64,000 bases of DNA from Lepidodermella squamata (taxonomy: Eukaryota > Animalia > Gastrotricha), in NCBI GenBank assembly GCA_047495785.1, contig JBLDXI010000013.1, forward strand, positions 310,001 through 374,000, given 5' to 3'. Shown here one piece after another: positions 16,690 to 31,035 of this stretch. The notes under the pieces are model-generated. The model was not told where the DNA came from. It searched no databases and saw only the letters and a list, made by a program, of their open reading frames with translations. Numbering within the stretch: the stretch's first letter is position 1; each line of letters opens with the position of its first letter. Position numbers and translations under genes: made by a program.

Positions 16690-17590
16690 GTGTCTTGGTA
16701 TTGCAGTATTGTGCTTTATTCTCGTAGATTTGAGGCGGAAATGGCACTGTGCATAAAGGAGCTCGACATCGATCCAAGAACCCGGCCCTGCCCGACGACC
16801 GCCAGTCAACGAGCCGCGATCTCAGGAAAGCGAAACGCGATTCGTGTTTCGAGGAGTGGTGTTCGAAACCCACAGGTGAGGGCGCTGTGTTGTTCAAGGA
16901 ATATCCCGCGGGCAACAACCTGATCCTGAATAAAACCGGCCTCTACACCTGCGAGTACACCTGCGCACTAAAGATGACGCGAGATCTGTGTCAGTGAGAA
17001 GCAGTAAGTTGGCTGCAAGCGACGGGACCCAGTGCCGCCACTGCTGCGCTGAGAAAGAAACCCTTGGTCATGTCCTCGGCGCTTGTCATTTCAACTCGCT
17101 GATGATCACCAGTCGTCATGATAAAATCCGCTCAATGATCGCTACGGCACTACGGAAGAACGGGATGAAAGTGCACGAGGAAGTCGCGGTAAATAGGAGA
17201 CAGACGGCGCGTAGAGATGAGTCGACATAATCGCGTACGATCCGAAGACGAAGGAGGGGGTTGTCATTGACCCAACCATCGGGATCGAAAAGTCGGCCAC
17301 CCAGTTTCAGGAGGTGGACGATGAGAAGAGGGCAATCTACTTGCCATGCGTTCCGTACCTACTCGAGGTCTATACAAACTCAAGTCCATCGAAGTTAGCG
17401 GGGCTTTCATTGACGCCCGAGGCACCGTCACCCGTGGCCTAATTGAACTATTTAAAAACCGTAAAAATCTTAACCGTAGCTTACTTAACGATATTGTTCT
17501 CGGTGTTACTAAGGATTCCTGCAGAATTCTGCATCACCACTTGTATACCAAGTAGATTTTTTAGCTTGAGTGCATCTATAAATAAAACAA
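16690..17590 (+). mobile_element. 5'-truncated, frameshifted RLE-type (R2-superfamily-like) non-LTR retrotransposon, 3' end only
   Basis: Zinc knuckle CRHCCAEKETLGHVLGAC, then RHDKIR, RRVDII, IDPTI, EKRAIY and ARGT restriction-like endonuclease motifs across frameshifts. Stop at 17555 is followed by an A-rich stretch with AATAAA. The 5' boundary is approximate. Confidence 0.85.
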
Positions 17591-18746
17591 CTATGTGTAT
17601 CTGTACTATAGCTGAGTGAGAAGCCACCCAAAAGGGATGCTTTCATCACACGGTAACTTTTTTCTTGTTAAAAACTTCACGGATTCAGAAAGCTCGCCTC
17701 AAAATACGGTCGCCGATGTTAGCTTTGATAAATTATTCCCCTATCTGAAACCTGAACTTTGAACCCTCTCTGATCAGGGGGAAATTTAATCTCTCTATGC
17801 CTAGCTATAGAATAATCCTTTATTTTCATTTTGGCAGCGGAACCTGAATGGGAGTCATTTGTGGTTGTATTAGTGAATGTCGAAGTTTTCTCTTCTTAAA
17901 TTGCGGATTCGGAAATAAAAATATGAAAACATCAGCGACCGCGTCCGGAGCAGTCCTGAGCAGTCATGAGCAATCCTGAAGATCGGTCGCACTAGGAAAC
18001 GGGATAAATATTTGAAATAGACAAGAACACCTAAAATGTATGATTCAATCACAGAGGAAGTTTCCTTTATTTAAATAGCTCGCTGAGGTGTGTGGCTGTT
18101 TATCGATGTTTATCAGATAAGAAGCTGCTTTGGCACTTCGCTTTGACGCGCAAACCTTCCCGCGACGACGCTAATATAATTTCACCGCAATAATATGCAT
18201 TTTCGAAAGCTATGAAATTTAAGGCTATACAAAGCTACATCGAAGCTTCAAATTGTTGGTTCAAGTTGCTATTTCCCCTTATTTTGGGCTTTTCCAAACA
18301 GGAAACCTCGGCTATTAAACAATGTTGACAGTGTCACTTAATCCTCAATCTGTTGAGAAGTTCGCAGGGTGGCCGAAATCTATACCAGTAATGCAACTGG
18401 AAATTTTGTTAAAAAACCAGTCGTTAACACATGCTCTAAAGCTATTATTTTTATAGATTTGGTGGTTGGTGTTTGAAGCCTCACGCATGAATGCATGCAA
18501 TTTTTATACGCTCTACGAATCTATAGTCAGCTAAGATGGCCGCATCATACACCTTTTTTCCTTTGCAATTTCATTATTTTTATTAAAGAAACACGTATTT
18601 ATTTTTTCATGATTCTCTGCTTCTTCATTTTATTCATTTTCTTACTTTTTACTACCTAATGATTTACTCGATCTTCGAAGGTTCGCCGTAGGCCAATGTT
18701 AAAAAAGGTGTAGTGACTATCCTCGCCTATTCTGACATATCCTAAC

Positions 18747-18991
18747 CAAGGGATGTTAAGTACCGGATGCAGAGCTACTGATCTCCATACTAATTTTCTC
18801 GCGCCGTCGAACCATTTTTTGCAATGCCAAAAATAGCAACGTGTTCTATTTTTAGCTTTAGATTTACAGCAAATCACTATACATCGAAGATTTTGTTACT
18901 ATATTTAGCATTTGCAAAAAATGGTTCGACGGCGCGAGAAAATTATTATGGAGAAGTCAGAAGTTCAGCATCCGGTACTTAACATCACTTG
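18747..18991. mobile_element. Fold-back MITE with ~80-bp inverted arms and an 8-bp target duplication (P- or hAT-like)
   Basis: Arms CAAGGGATGTTAAGTACCGGATGC...TTTTCTCGCGCCGTCGAACCATTTTTTGCAA and its near reverse complement. ATCCTAAC is duplicated at 18739-46 and 18992-99. Confidence 0.85.
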
Positions 18992-19496
18992 ATCCTAACA
19001 GGTGAAAATCGTATGATCGCAAAAATGGCGAATTTTTATAGTGACATGGAAGATTAAAGCTGGGTATTACGGTACCCGCCATCCAGCGAGTATAATAATT
19101 AGGTAGATATTGAATAATTAAGAATGAAAATCCACAGCTAATTTTTTCAACGTCAAGCTGTTTTTATTCGTATGTCACTCAAAAGTTTTAACACTGGTGG
19201 CTTTATTACCCTCCTGAATCGCTTTCAAGTTCTTTTTATCTGTGGTTGAGCAGAAAACTACCTACCGGCCTAACCTATCTGCTTGTTTGTTAGTTTCAGC
19301 AGGTGAGGCTCTTCCAACCTGGTCCGCAACCGGTTTGTAAACAGTTTACAGGGTACCAAGAGCGCTGGAGATTTCCGAACTTTGTTGGCGCAGTCGACGG
19401 GATGCAGCCCAGAAGACAGAAGAACGCAGTCCTATTTTAGGTCTAAATGTCTGGCTCTATAGCACCACATTCACAACCACAAACACGACTTCAGTA

Positions 19497-19535
19497 TCGC
19501 CCTGATATTCGCCCTGATATTCGCCCTGATATTCG
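19497..19535. repeat. Short tandem repeat, 13-mer x3
   Basis: (TCGCCCTGATAT(T)) repeated about three times. Confidence 0.75.
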
Positions 19536-20376
19536 CTTATAGCGTTACTAATTGCTATTTTTTATAGCCAAGCATAATTCGGCCATAAGACATTGAGTCC
19601 GGTGAAATCAAGGTTCCTGGTCCAAACTATCGGGCGATATAAAGAACCGCTTTATATTTTAAAGCTAGGATTATATTGAAAGCTAGGAGCCCTGACTGTT
19701 TTGAATGTGACCCTGACTGAATGTGTGTGTAACAGAAAGCATCATTTACGCTCCATATCAATATTTTAATAATAATTTATCGATCAAATAATTAATACTG
19801 ATATGAATTATTATTACAATAAATTAATTTAATTATCATTCTTCATCAAAAACGATTCATCAATATAACAATATTGCAGATGAAAAAATGAAGATTATAC
19901 ATAGCCATATATAATTTTGATAAGAATGTTTCATGCACAAATTTTCTTCCATGCGCATAAGGTTCATGAGAAATCAAGCTGGGGAAAAACGTCAATGATA
20001 TAATCTGTTTTAAGGGACAAACAGTTGTTGAACAAAAACGATTGATAGGTGGGATTTCAAAGCAACACGGCGGGGGATAACAGACAAAAACTAAACGCCA
20101 TATAATTGAAAACCATGAGAAAACACAGTCATCAATTTCACAACTAGAGTTCGAAGTTATTCAATTTTTTAAATCATGTTGTGGCAATGGCTAAGTGGAA
20201 TCGCTACATTTGACACTCACAACGCTACAGCAGCACTACGTTCTAATAAAGCTATGAGATTGCTTTAATTTTAATATCAAAATCTACTGCGCCAAGTCGA
20301 TTGACTTTTATCCGAAAATTTAAGGAAGCGAATATCAAAATAGGCTTGAAATTATGTGAAAAACAGTAGCTGTCTC

Positions 20377-23300
20377 TCAGTAGTCAACACCCGCGCCCTG
20401 CCAGCATGACGCGGCGTTGAAGCAATTGGCTGTTGATGGCGACGAACTCATCGCGGCTGCTGCCGTTAGCAGCGAAGACAGTGTAGCGGTTGGTGTTGCT
20501 GATGGACCGAAGCCGGTCGAAGCGTACAGGCGAGAGAGAAGTTGCAACTCGGCCGGCGTCGACGCACCCTGCGCGCCTCCGTTCCACACGCCCGGCAACG
20601 CGCTTTGATGGTGCGCGAGGCCCTGAGAAGCGCCCAGATGCGATGAATGCTGGCTTTGCACGTGGTGCGGCATCGATGGCTGGAACAGCGTCTGGTTGGC
20701 AACTGACGCCGGGTCAGAGTAGAACTTTTTAGCGGCGGCGTATTTTGCCGACGCCATGAGGTAGTCACTGCTCGAAAAGCTGCCGATGTGGTGCGCTGCG
20801 CTTCCGAACGCCGAGTGCATCGACGCCGGTGTCGTAGCAACGCTGCCGAATGACGATCCAGTCGACATCATTGACTGTGAATGGTGATGATGGTGGTTAT
20901 GAGGCTGCTGAGAGTGAACTAGGCCAGCGAAGTCGAACTTGTACGCGTACTGCAGAGACAAATTATGAACACAGACAAAGAATTATCGTTAGCGACTTAC
21001 TCTTTTGCCGTGGACTTTGGTCATGATACTTTTGTCGTAGTAATATCTAAATGAAGAGGAAAAGAATTATCAAACAAAGGTCCCAGCTTTCAACCACAAA
21101 CCTGAGTGCGCGACTTAGTTTGTCGTAGTTCATATTAGGTTTCGATTTTCGTTGACCCCATCGGCGAGCTACCTCGTCAGGATCGATGAGTTTGAACTCC
21201 CCAGCCGTCCCCTCCCACGCAATGCAAGCGGAATTTCGAGAGTCAGAAAGCAATTCCAGTAAAAACTGCCACAACTGAATCTGGCCACTGCCAGGCTGAG
21301 ATAATTTAGCGCAAATCGGGCCGAGAACTTCGTAAGGATCTGTTACGAAATTTCGCACAATTAAAAATTGAATAATAGCCAAGTGATTGATTACTAACCT
21401 GGTTGCTGATGCTGCTGTTGAAGGCTGCCGAAAAAAGCTGAAGATCGTTGGTTTGAAGATTGCAATTGTTGCGATTGCGAAATAAACTGTGATCTCTGAG
21501 ACTGTGACTGCCCCTGCCCCGACGCCAATGCCATCGACTGCACGGCGCTTCGGCTGTGTTGCTGCAAAATCGCAGCAGCTGAGCGAATCGTAGCGTTGTT
21601 GTTCGCGCCGCCGTTCGGCTCCAGCGTGTGGGAGGTGTTCCCGTAGCTGGACAGATCAACAGAGCCCATCAGCGAACTTGAAAGCTGCTGCTGCTGTTGG
21701 GCTGACGAAGTAATTGCCGAGAAAATATTGTGGTTGTTACGCAAAACTGATGAAGATGCCACCACGTCGGACGGGGTAGAGTCCATTGGCGCATGGTGGC
21801 GGGCGTTATTTGCGTTATTAACACGGATTGTTGAAGTTTGATTTGTCTTGGCCAAATCGTCACTCGCTGCTTTTACACCATCGAAAAACAAATTGTTGGC
21901 TGGCGTCGAACGTTCGGTCATCGCCGAGGAGTAGTTGTTTGTGGCACCGTCTGTCGCAGTGTTGTTGTTGTTGTTGCCTGTGCTAGTGGTCGGAAGGAGA
22001 AGGTTATTGACGCTGTAGCCGATTTTTGCGCTGCCGTATGATCGATTGCTATTTGAAACGATTACAGATGACGAATCCGTAGTCGCGGAATAATCGGCGA
22101 CGCCGCTGTCGCAACTCGATTGTTGCTGGCGCTTTTGCAGCGGCTGGAAGCGATCAACAGCAAAAAGCGCTACAGTGAAACGAAAAAAAACGCTCTTTAA
22201 ATTTAGACGAAATAGCGGGAAAGATGAGAAATCCGAGAGGATGATACTCGGAGGCGCTATCAGACAAATCGCTACACAAGTAATTCGGTTACGCTACACA
22301 GGAATGATTATCGTTACCCACTAATGATAGCAATCAGGGAACGACACGGCGATAACGCCCGCGCTCAGTCATAACGATGATGCGCGCCCAAGAAACGGAT
22401 AGTCTACATTATTGCATAGAGAAATCGAATTCGGCACCCGGATGATATCGAGTTGGGTAACAAACAGCCGGCCGGATGCCGGATTGACAAATCGCGCTAC
22501 AACGCGGTAACGGTTCCGAACGCCGGCGCATGCAAATCATCAGCGGGTAAAATTTCCTCTCATCAGCAATCACCGGAAAGTCCCCGGGTGCATCGCAGAA
22601 CTGCTGCGGCCATTTCCTCGACGAAAATAAGCCTCGACTGCTGATGGCGACCTCGCGGCGAGTTTCGATGATTGCGCGCAATTTTCGATCGCAAGACTAA
22701 TCGACGAGTTTATGCGTCGATATACCTAATAATAACCAGCCGAGTATAAACAATAACAATAACAATCGTTATCTCTTGAGCCATCAATGTAGCAAATTAG
22801 CTACGTAATCTGGGCTTCGCGACGGCAGGGCATTTCATGCTTCATCGCTCGGCCCAACGTCACCCTGACGACTTTCGATCCAATTACAGGCCATTGCTTC
22901 GATTTTATTGCTCAGCCTAGCGCGCGCAATACCAATAGATGGCGAATTTTCTTCCGCTCGGAAGAATCGCAGATAGCATGCGGAAAGATGATGTTTCTCT
23001 TCTATTACCGCACTTTACTGAAGCTTCCCCGTGCAATTGAAAACTGAAATTAAAAATATTGGGAACATACAATCTTGGCGGTCTTTGTCATCCTGCTGAG
23101 GCTGATGAACAGTAGGGGGCGCTGCCGTAGCTGGAGGAGTAAGAGTGACGGCGTCAGAGATGACGTTTCCCGAACCTTCAGCGCTGTCGTTCGGCAGTGA
23201 TACTTTTGCCACGCTATCACTTGTCATCTCGGCAGAGTCGTTGAAAAGATTAGTTCGCCGCATAGTGACTTCTCCAATTGTAGACAGTGTGCCGGAGTGA

Positions 23301-23401
23301 TTCCAAGGCCGCTTCAGAGAAGCCGCGGACGACGCCGAAGAAGTTCCTGGCGCGTTGTTGTTGCTGCCATTTTGCTGTACTTGCGGTGACAACGATGGCA
23401 T
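20377..23401 (-). CDS. ETS transcription factor of the ERG/FLI1/FEV class
   Basis: Spliced ETS domain [17 protein letters not shown]...[28 protein letters not shown]|[15 protein letters not shown]|YAYKFDF, with Q/S/N-rich N-terminal exons and a His/Ala-rich C-terminus. The start ATG is inferred. Confidence 0.9.
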
Positions 23402-23615
23402 TTTCACGCGAAATCAGTTAGAATTATCGGTTATAGAAATCAGCTTTCAGATGGCTTATAGGTGACTGAAATTTCCTTGCGATTATAGTATGTGACACAT
23501 TTTCGAAAAAAGCGGTGACATCATAACAAGACTCTTTATTTGACAGTGCCCTTGAGCGCTTACGGTGCATCGCTGTGCTGCGAGTCGAGGGGAGTCAGCG
23601 CATCACACGTTTCGA

Positions 23616-23660
23616 CCAATCAGCGCGCGAGGCGAGCCGGCTGTCAGCCAATCAGCGCGC
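23616..23660. promoter_or_regulatory. Tandem CCAAT (NF-Y-type) boxes upstream of the ETS gene
   Basis: CCAATCAGCGCGC occurs twice (23616 and 23648), 32 bp apart, about 215-250 bp upstream of the inferred ATG. Confidence 0.55.
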
Positions 23661-26600
23661 GCCGGTGAAGAATGTCAAACCGCCCGGATGGCTATTTGTA
23701 CAAAATAGCGGACGCTTTGCGGCGCATTTCTTAAAAATCCAGCCATAAAAGTCAACAGCAGTAGTCGTCGAGTCATGTTTATTGTTTGCGCTTACGTTGC
23801 TGATTCACTTTATTGTCATTGCTACTTTTGCGATCAGGTAGTAGCATTCTTGCGCCTGGAGACTGCTGTAAATTTGTGTACACAGCGAGGCGCAAACTAC
23901 ATTCCATAACCACACCCGTGATTATCTCCGATGTTCGCGTGTTTTCTGCCTTCATCAGGTGTGAATATACCGATGTCTCCGCTATTTACTCTTGACGCAC
24001 TTTGATCGTACGGTGTCGTCTACGACTTCAACGTTGCGAAAGCGCCTCCTGCTCGTGTTTATGATTGGTAATCATACCAAAACAGCAGCTACCTTCTACC
24101 GGCTTCTACCAAGACGGTATGGTTGTTGCGCAAGAGAAGCAGGTGCTCTGAAAAGAATTCAGCTGCCGCTTTAACTGAAACCAAGACCTGTAATGGATCC
24201 CAAAAATTCTGAATTTATACCAAGCTGGATTATGGAATTCGAGCGATTGCAACTCTTAATTTTATAATTTCGAACTTGTTCAATCGAATTGTTTCAACTA
24301 CACGTTTCGATATTTAACCGAAATTTTCAAGATTCCATATAACGGCATATACTCTACCGTCGGCGAAAGTGGCTGAATTATAAAATCATGCATGCATGCA
24401 TGCTATCATCTATTATTTACCGGGTGTTACATTTTTATGCCGCCAAGGTACCGGGGCTTGGTGGATTCAGAAGCGATGCGCTAGATAACAGAACGGCGTA
24501 GCTACCATCCGTTCTTGCCAGCCCGACACATCCGTTTTTCATGCATTATCCCACAACTCGTCATCGACGTCATCACCGAGACCACCAGTATCAGTTAATT
24601 CAGGCGGTCAAAGTGGGTTGGAGAACTGACGAGTCATCCATTAGCATTTTATAGCTTTTTACTCTGCATATTTGCTAAAGCACCGCTTCGCCGCATTCGA
24701 TGTAGCATTAGTCTGTTTCGCCCGGAGGTCGCGGCCTGCTTCTCCGCCAAAGAACGGAAGTTACATACGCAGGCTAAAACGAAAACGCTCTGCAAGGATG
24801 GGTCGTCACACTGCCGCGCGCAAAAAGTAGCATGACGAAGAACAGGAAGGTTACCGTGCCGTTGAGTGGCGGAAGTAGGATGCGCAGACGCTGGAAGTCG
24901 ACTGAGCCAGGTGAGCGCGCCATGCTTTCGGATTTCCATGTAGTGCAATGACTCCGCCACGTTTTTCTTCCTATAAATTAAGTATTGATGCCGATTCCTG
25001 TTAGGCAATGTGCAGTGGAGTTGACAAGGTAGCTGGATTTACTGCTATTTTTGACGTCTTTATTCGATTCGGAAAAACGTAGCAAGGGAATCATCCAAGA
25101 GCTCCCATCATCAAATTGCTGAAGCAACAGCAATCAACCTCAGTCTTTCTCTCTAATCCATGCACAAAACCGCGATTCACAGTCCATTACAATCATACAT
25201 CGTTCTAATAATGTGGATATGATAACAACGAAATTTGTAACAGAGCAACTGGTGAATTAGAATTCAGACATGAATACAGCAGTTTGATTCGAATTTCAGT
25301 AAGCAAATAATGCCCTTATTGAGAAAACATGTTGATGAAAGGAAAATAGTTATCTATTATATTTTGATTTTTTCGATTATAGCATGGATAGTTTATATAT
25401 ACTAATAAACATTAGAAGAAAACGTTTGTATCACGGGGTAAGCGTGTAACCTTTGATTGTTACGCTCGCCAATTCCTCGGAGCCATGCACACGGCGGTTT
25501 TAGAATGTGTATCGCGATATTGCTTCCTGAAAGAAATAATAATTAATCAATTAGCAATCAACAAACATGTTTTCGTCCTAACAGCATATCGGCGGGGAAA
25601 GGTTTACGACCTCGCGAATCAATTTCATGAGCGGCGCGCAAAGTATATCGCCAAGTGTGCCGCTGATCTGGTGCGGGTATTTGAGGAACATAACCATAAA
25701 TTTGGACATTGCTCGTACGATCTCTGGAATCCGATGACACGAGTGGGGGTAACTGGTGAGGATTACAACATGCAGCGGAGTTGAGAAATGCACTGAAATC
25801 GTTGTAATTGAACGAAGTTCGCATGGGTCGTGCAGAAGAGAAATTTTGTTCGACGGTATCGCGAACTTCTGGCATATTCTAAATGAGAATCAGCATCAGA
25901 AAGAGCTAATTTCATTCTTATTGAAGCTAATTACCAGACAGTTGAAACCCGGAGGGCGCTCTTCTTTTCCAAAAATGGTTCGTGAGCCGTAATTATTGAA
26001 GTCGCCTATCCGCGCATCAATAAGAAGTAATATTGATAACATCGCTGAATAAAAAAATGATGAGAGACCTGAGGTGCATATTGTTGATGTGCGGCAATGT
26101 TCATCGGACAACTTGTGAAGAACGTTGTCGCGATCCATGGCTCGGATAGTAGGCACACTCGGGTTTGTTAGTACATCTTGCTTAACCGCCACAAGTTTGA
26201 CGCGTCCATGACTTGGATAGGCATAAGTAGGCATTTGCAAAGTTTGCAATTTATTATCAGCAGCATAATGAACAGGTATGGTAGACATTATTTTGAGAAG
26301 ATCAAGGCCTCTCTTAAAACTAATCAGCCACTATTACACACTCTGAAAACGATACTTGTTGCGGAAAGATCGCAAACGTTAAGTGTTGCACCGCCATTGC
26401 TACGCAACTAAAAATTAATTAAAGAATTTAATATAATATAAAAGATCTAAACATATTTATAGTTGTTTGTTGATAATTATACTTCAAGAAAATTTGAGTT
26501 TTTGCGGGATTTTTTCATCTTTTTCTACGAACGAATTTTTTAGGAACAGCCTGGTAACTAAGCGCAGCTTCTGAGTTGTTTCCGGTGTTCAGATGTCTGA

Positions 26601-27684
26601 CGTCTGATGGAGCGACTCTGTGAACCTTTTAAGGCATTTGCCTAGATCTAACAACTCATGCTGCACTATATGCATTGTGTAGCATGTTTTAAGTTGAAAT
26701 ACTCACACAGCTTGGTCGTATTTATATCCAAGTTATCAGTTATTTTTATCAAGACTCCGCTTTGCTATATACCTAAATCGTAAATCGTGTTTTCGCTATC
26801 ACCCATCTAGTCAGATGAGACGTAGCTAGTGATTCGAGTCCTTTCTTTTTTGAGCATCAAACGATTGCTTAGCCAGCTGATGTGCACTCATTGTTACGGA
26901 ACACAGAATTGTTACGGATTTTTTTTAACAAAAAGTGTGTAAGAGCCGGAATCATATCCCATGTCTCAAATGGAGTACGCTGCGCCTTCAAAATGGACCA
27001 TGTTAGAGCCGTGCTTCATTATTCGAATTTACTGCTGCAATGCCATGCGGCCCGTCGAAAACACTGAATGTTCATGTTCATCAGAGGGTTAGAACCAACG
27101 TTGAAACTAAAATCATCCATAGCATCCGTAGCAATGGAACCACTGCAGATGGCAGTGTTACTAAGTGCAGCTTAACGATCTCAAATAATCACCCGAAATA
27201 TCCTAGTCATGGGGTTTAATTTTTATTTCTTGGGCTAGAAGTAAACATCCTCACGGAACTACTGAAACCCATAACATCGTATTGGCGATAGGTCCTCTGT
27301 TCGAGCCGCGCCCTGTGAAATCATCAGAATTGTATGCATTGTCTAACATACATTCATGCATCTATACATCTATAAACTTCAAGTTTGAGCAAGCCGCCGA
27401 GAATGTAGAGCATTGAATTAGATGCCGCATTTATTCGAAAAAATGCGCCGTGTAAGATGTGCTTTCGGCCACAATATATGTAATTGCTTGACCACGAATT
27501 CCTAACATCAAGGGAAAATATCGTGCTCACGAGCGCTTACTCATGGGCGAATTCATTAATAACTTGAGAGTTCGTGCGAAGACTAAGCTGTCGGTTTATT
27601 AGCTATACTTGACCGCTCCTCCTTGCCAAATCAAAAATGCATCTGGTCTTTATATAGATTTCACTTAATCAGTAAATTTGAGTG

Positions 27685-28243
27685 ATGGCATTTCGTCCGA
27701 CAGCCGGCGAAGAGGTAATAAAACTTGATTTTATTTACAGTTAGCATTTCATTTAACGTTTCGACATGTCAGGCCGAGTCTTTCGCCCCCGAAGATCCAT
27801 CTAAGCAGCAACAAAAGCAGAAAGCTGCGGAGGAGAGGCGTATGCAAGAAGAAGATTCAAAGCGAGCTTTTCTTACTCAGGTTATGCATGATCAATGTGC
27901 ATGAGATCGAAGTTGTGATTTTCTCGTTGCCCGTCTTCAGGTGTTGGATCAGTTCGCATTCGCTCGTTTGAATACCTTCAAGTTGGCTCGCCCCGACAAA
28001 GGCGCTGCTGTTGAGGAGATGCTCATGCGAATGGCTGCGATGGGTCAAATCGGGCCCAGAGCTAATGGGGGCGCCAAAGTCACTGAAGCTGAACTAATTC
28101 AAGTTTTGGAAAAAGTCAGCGAGCAAACTACTGTTAAAACCACTGTCAAAGTTCGCGAAAGTTATTTAATTCTTCCCTTGTAATCAGTTTTAATATTCTT
28201 TCAGTTCGATCGACGAAGAAACGCGCTGGACGACGATGATTAA
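27685..28243 (+). CDS. PDCD5: Programmed cell death protein 5
   Basis: Four exons encoding ...LLTQ|VLDQFAFARLNTFKLARPDKGAAVEEMLMRMA...ELIQVLEKVSEQTTVKTTVK|FDRRRNALDDDD*. Confidence 0.9.
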
Positions 28244-28769
28244 GCAATAAGCCTGGCTTGGTCTGGAGTTACCCCTCACATTATTGATCATTATTCTTTC
28301 TCCGATATGTGATGTTGCAAAATCATTTTTTCAGTCATTTCATAACCGTCTTCTGCTGCAAAGAAATAAACACGACACCCGGAGATATTTTTTCAATTTT
28401 TATTACTTGGCTTCAGCTCGCTCTTGTCAGCGGGTCATCCAACAAAGCAATCAGAACACAGTTGATAAATTGATAACAACTAAGGCGCTCCTAACCCAGC
28501 GAACATTGGTATCTCCACAGCAAAGCATAACAGTAGGAAAAATAAATCAGACTATGTTTTTCGAAAATAAGCAGTTTGAAGTATGCAAAAGCCTGTGAAC
28601 AAGAAGAGGTCATATCGGAGCGCGCTAGAACAGCCGTGTGTATAATATTATATCGAAAATACCTGCTTCTAGTCGATTTGATAGAAGTTGAAGTTGGGAA
28701 AAATAACAGTGCAAGTCTATGATTAAACGCGAGTATTAACAGCCGTCACTGGTAATTCCATGTATCTCC

Positions 28770-30043
28770 TTAAAATCGCGGTACCGACTGGGCAGTGCGC
28801 ACTGTCTGAACCACCGATCTGATCCTTCCACGGATCTCAAAAGGAGTAGTCGTACGAAGCCGATTGTGACGGGAACTATCACCAAAGCCAAGTTTCTAAA
28901 TAACGCCGATTATAGGAAATGGAAATATTTATTATCAAGGTAAGAACATACAGGTAAGACCGCGACTGACGAAGACCAAAGAGAGGCCGAGTCGATCGGC
29001 CGGCGGTTCAGGCCGTAGTTCAAAATAAGAAGTTCCGGTATGCGCTCGGCAACTTCGTCGTACTTCTTAATAACAGCCGGCTCAACATTTTCCAAGCGCT
29101 GCGTCGGGTCGAGACGCAGGTAGCGATCAATCAATTGCCGATGCTTGGAGAACTTTGAAGTAGTGTTACGCAAGTCGGCCCGAAGCTTTTCCAAGCTGAG
29201 ACCAGCGCTTTCCAAGTAGGAATCCGTCGAAGGGCGGTGTTCGCTACGGCCGCGACGCTCAAAAGCGAGGCTTGGTTCAACAGGCGCCCTTTTGGGCAGA
29301 TCGTAATAATGATGCGGGTGGACATGATGATGCTGAAAAACAATTTTTTATATAGCAAAAATTCCAAGTAAAGAAACTTAAACATAAAACTAAACTAAAG
29401 TAAAGTAACATTAAACTAACCGGCGGTTCCATGCGTCTAGTGGCAGGACAGAAATGCCAATTCGCCGTCGGTGTGTAGTGGTTTGGCGTCGCCAGAGACG
29501 TCGGCAGCGTAATGTAGCTTCGCGTGGCGGACAGGTGCGATGCAGCAGTCGGCTGGCGCATGCGATGCAAAGCATTCGAGTGGGCGATTGGTCGAATATA
29601 AGACAAATCGCTGTCATCGTAAGACCTGATAAATGACCGGCGTGGGTACGACGATGTCGTGACAGTAGTATGTGCATGTGAGTGGCAGCTCGAAGTCGTA
29701 TGCGGGTTCGAATGGCAGCTCTGGTGGGGGGAAATAATTGAAATATAAATATTATTGTTACATGTACAAGCTTCAAGCTTCATCGTACACTAAATACTAT
29801 CGGGCGGAGAGCGGGGAGAGTCACGGGTCTTGATGTTGAGACGATGGGGCGATAGGGAGCAGGGGTTCTGGTGACCACTTGGTGGGAGTAAACCACTGGC
29901 GCTCTTGCGTAGTAGCGAACAAGAGACGATGGGTAGAATGCGTAATCTGTGCCGTAGTCATCGTCATCGTCAACGTCGACGAGGCTGCGATAGCGTTGTA
30001 GTGAGAAGTGTCTGTGACTATACCCAGGTGGATGGCGGCTCAT
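28770..30043 (-). CDS. Uncharacterised R/Y/H/S/P-rich protein, 4 exons, about 350 aa
   Basis: Four exons join in frame at GT-AG sites: MSRHPPGY...|SCHSNPH...|HHHVHPHHYYD...VAVLP|KLGFG...SVPRF*. No recognisable domain. Confidence 0.65.
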
Positions 30044-31035
30044 TTTGCTCAGCAGCTAAAATAAGCGGCCGTAAACTGTAAACGATTTGTGCTTTCTTCT
30101 CAGTGCAATAACTGTTCCAATTGCTGATTTCTGTAGGCGAGCAGTGTCTTTGACTTGCGATGCAAGTATAAACACAGAGCGTACTGCAGAGATGGCTATT
30201 ATTCGAGCTCACCTTTTTCAAATGAGGGAGAGTTTATCTACGATTGAGCCATGAGTTAGATTATCTTGCGCTAATATTAGGCCAACATAGCACCAAGCTA
30301 ATACATATATGTGCCACAGATAGGAAACTCGCTGGGCCGGGTGCGGACTGAAGACCTGAAAACCTCGTATGATTACTGAATAAAACGCTTGCGCCCCCGA
30401 TACGAGTGTTGATCCAAATATATATTAGTTACCCTGCGTCGAAATAATATTATCATCATATCGTATTATCATTGCTATAAACAATATTTTTCGTCATTCG
30501 GGAATTAGTTTATATTCTACCACCGCCAAAATACCGCAGTCGATATCAAGGTTTACTACGGCCTAGGGATTTATTGGCCCATTCGCTGTGTTATGCCTTC
30601 CAGTTCACCCGTGCTCTCCACGCCGCTCCGCCGTACGCGGCTATCTCCAAACGCGTACGATGTAGACAGCGAGCAAAAAACAGCATATAAGGCGACGCAA
30701 CTGGTTGCTCAATAAATCTACAAATAACTGCTCAATTTTTGTCGGCAGAGCAACTGTATGCCCGGGTTAATGCAAACCAGAGAACCGCGATGAATCGCCG
30801 CGATAACGCAGACAGCCGTTTGTTTTATCACCCCCAGCATCGTTCACCCACCTGCGATTGTATTCCTGCGCGGATAACAAGGTTTTCTATACCATTATTT
30901 CAGGATTTTTTGCGCTCTCTCCCTCTGAGTTTTCCAAACCGAAATATATCTGGGATGATTCATTTAACAATGCGATGAATATTATTACATGAGGTAGTGG
31001 TAACAATTTCATGCTCTTTTCAAACTTCAGTCAGC

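Noticed and set aside
25485-26411. Cluster of short ORFs (YRRGKVYDLANQFHERR...)
   Set aside because: Frames are broken, no motif is recognised, and no full gene model can be built.
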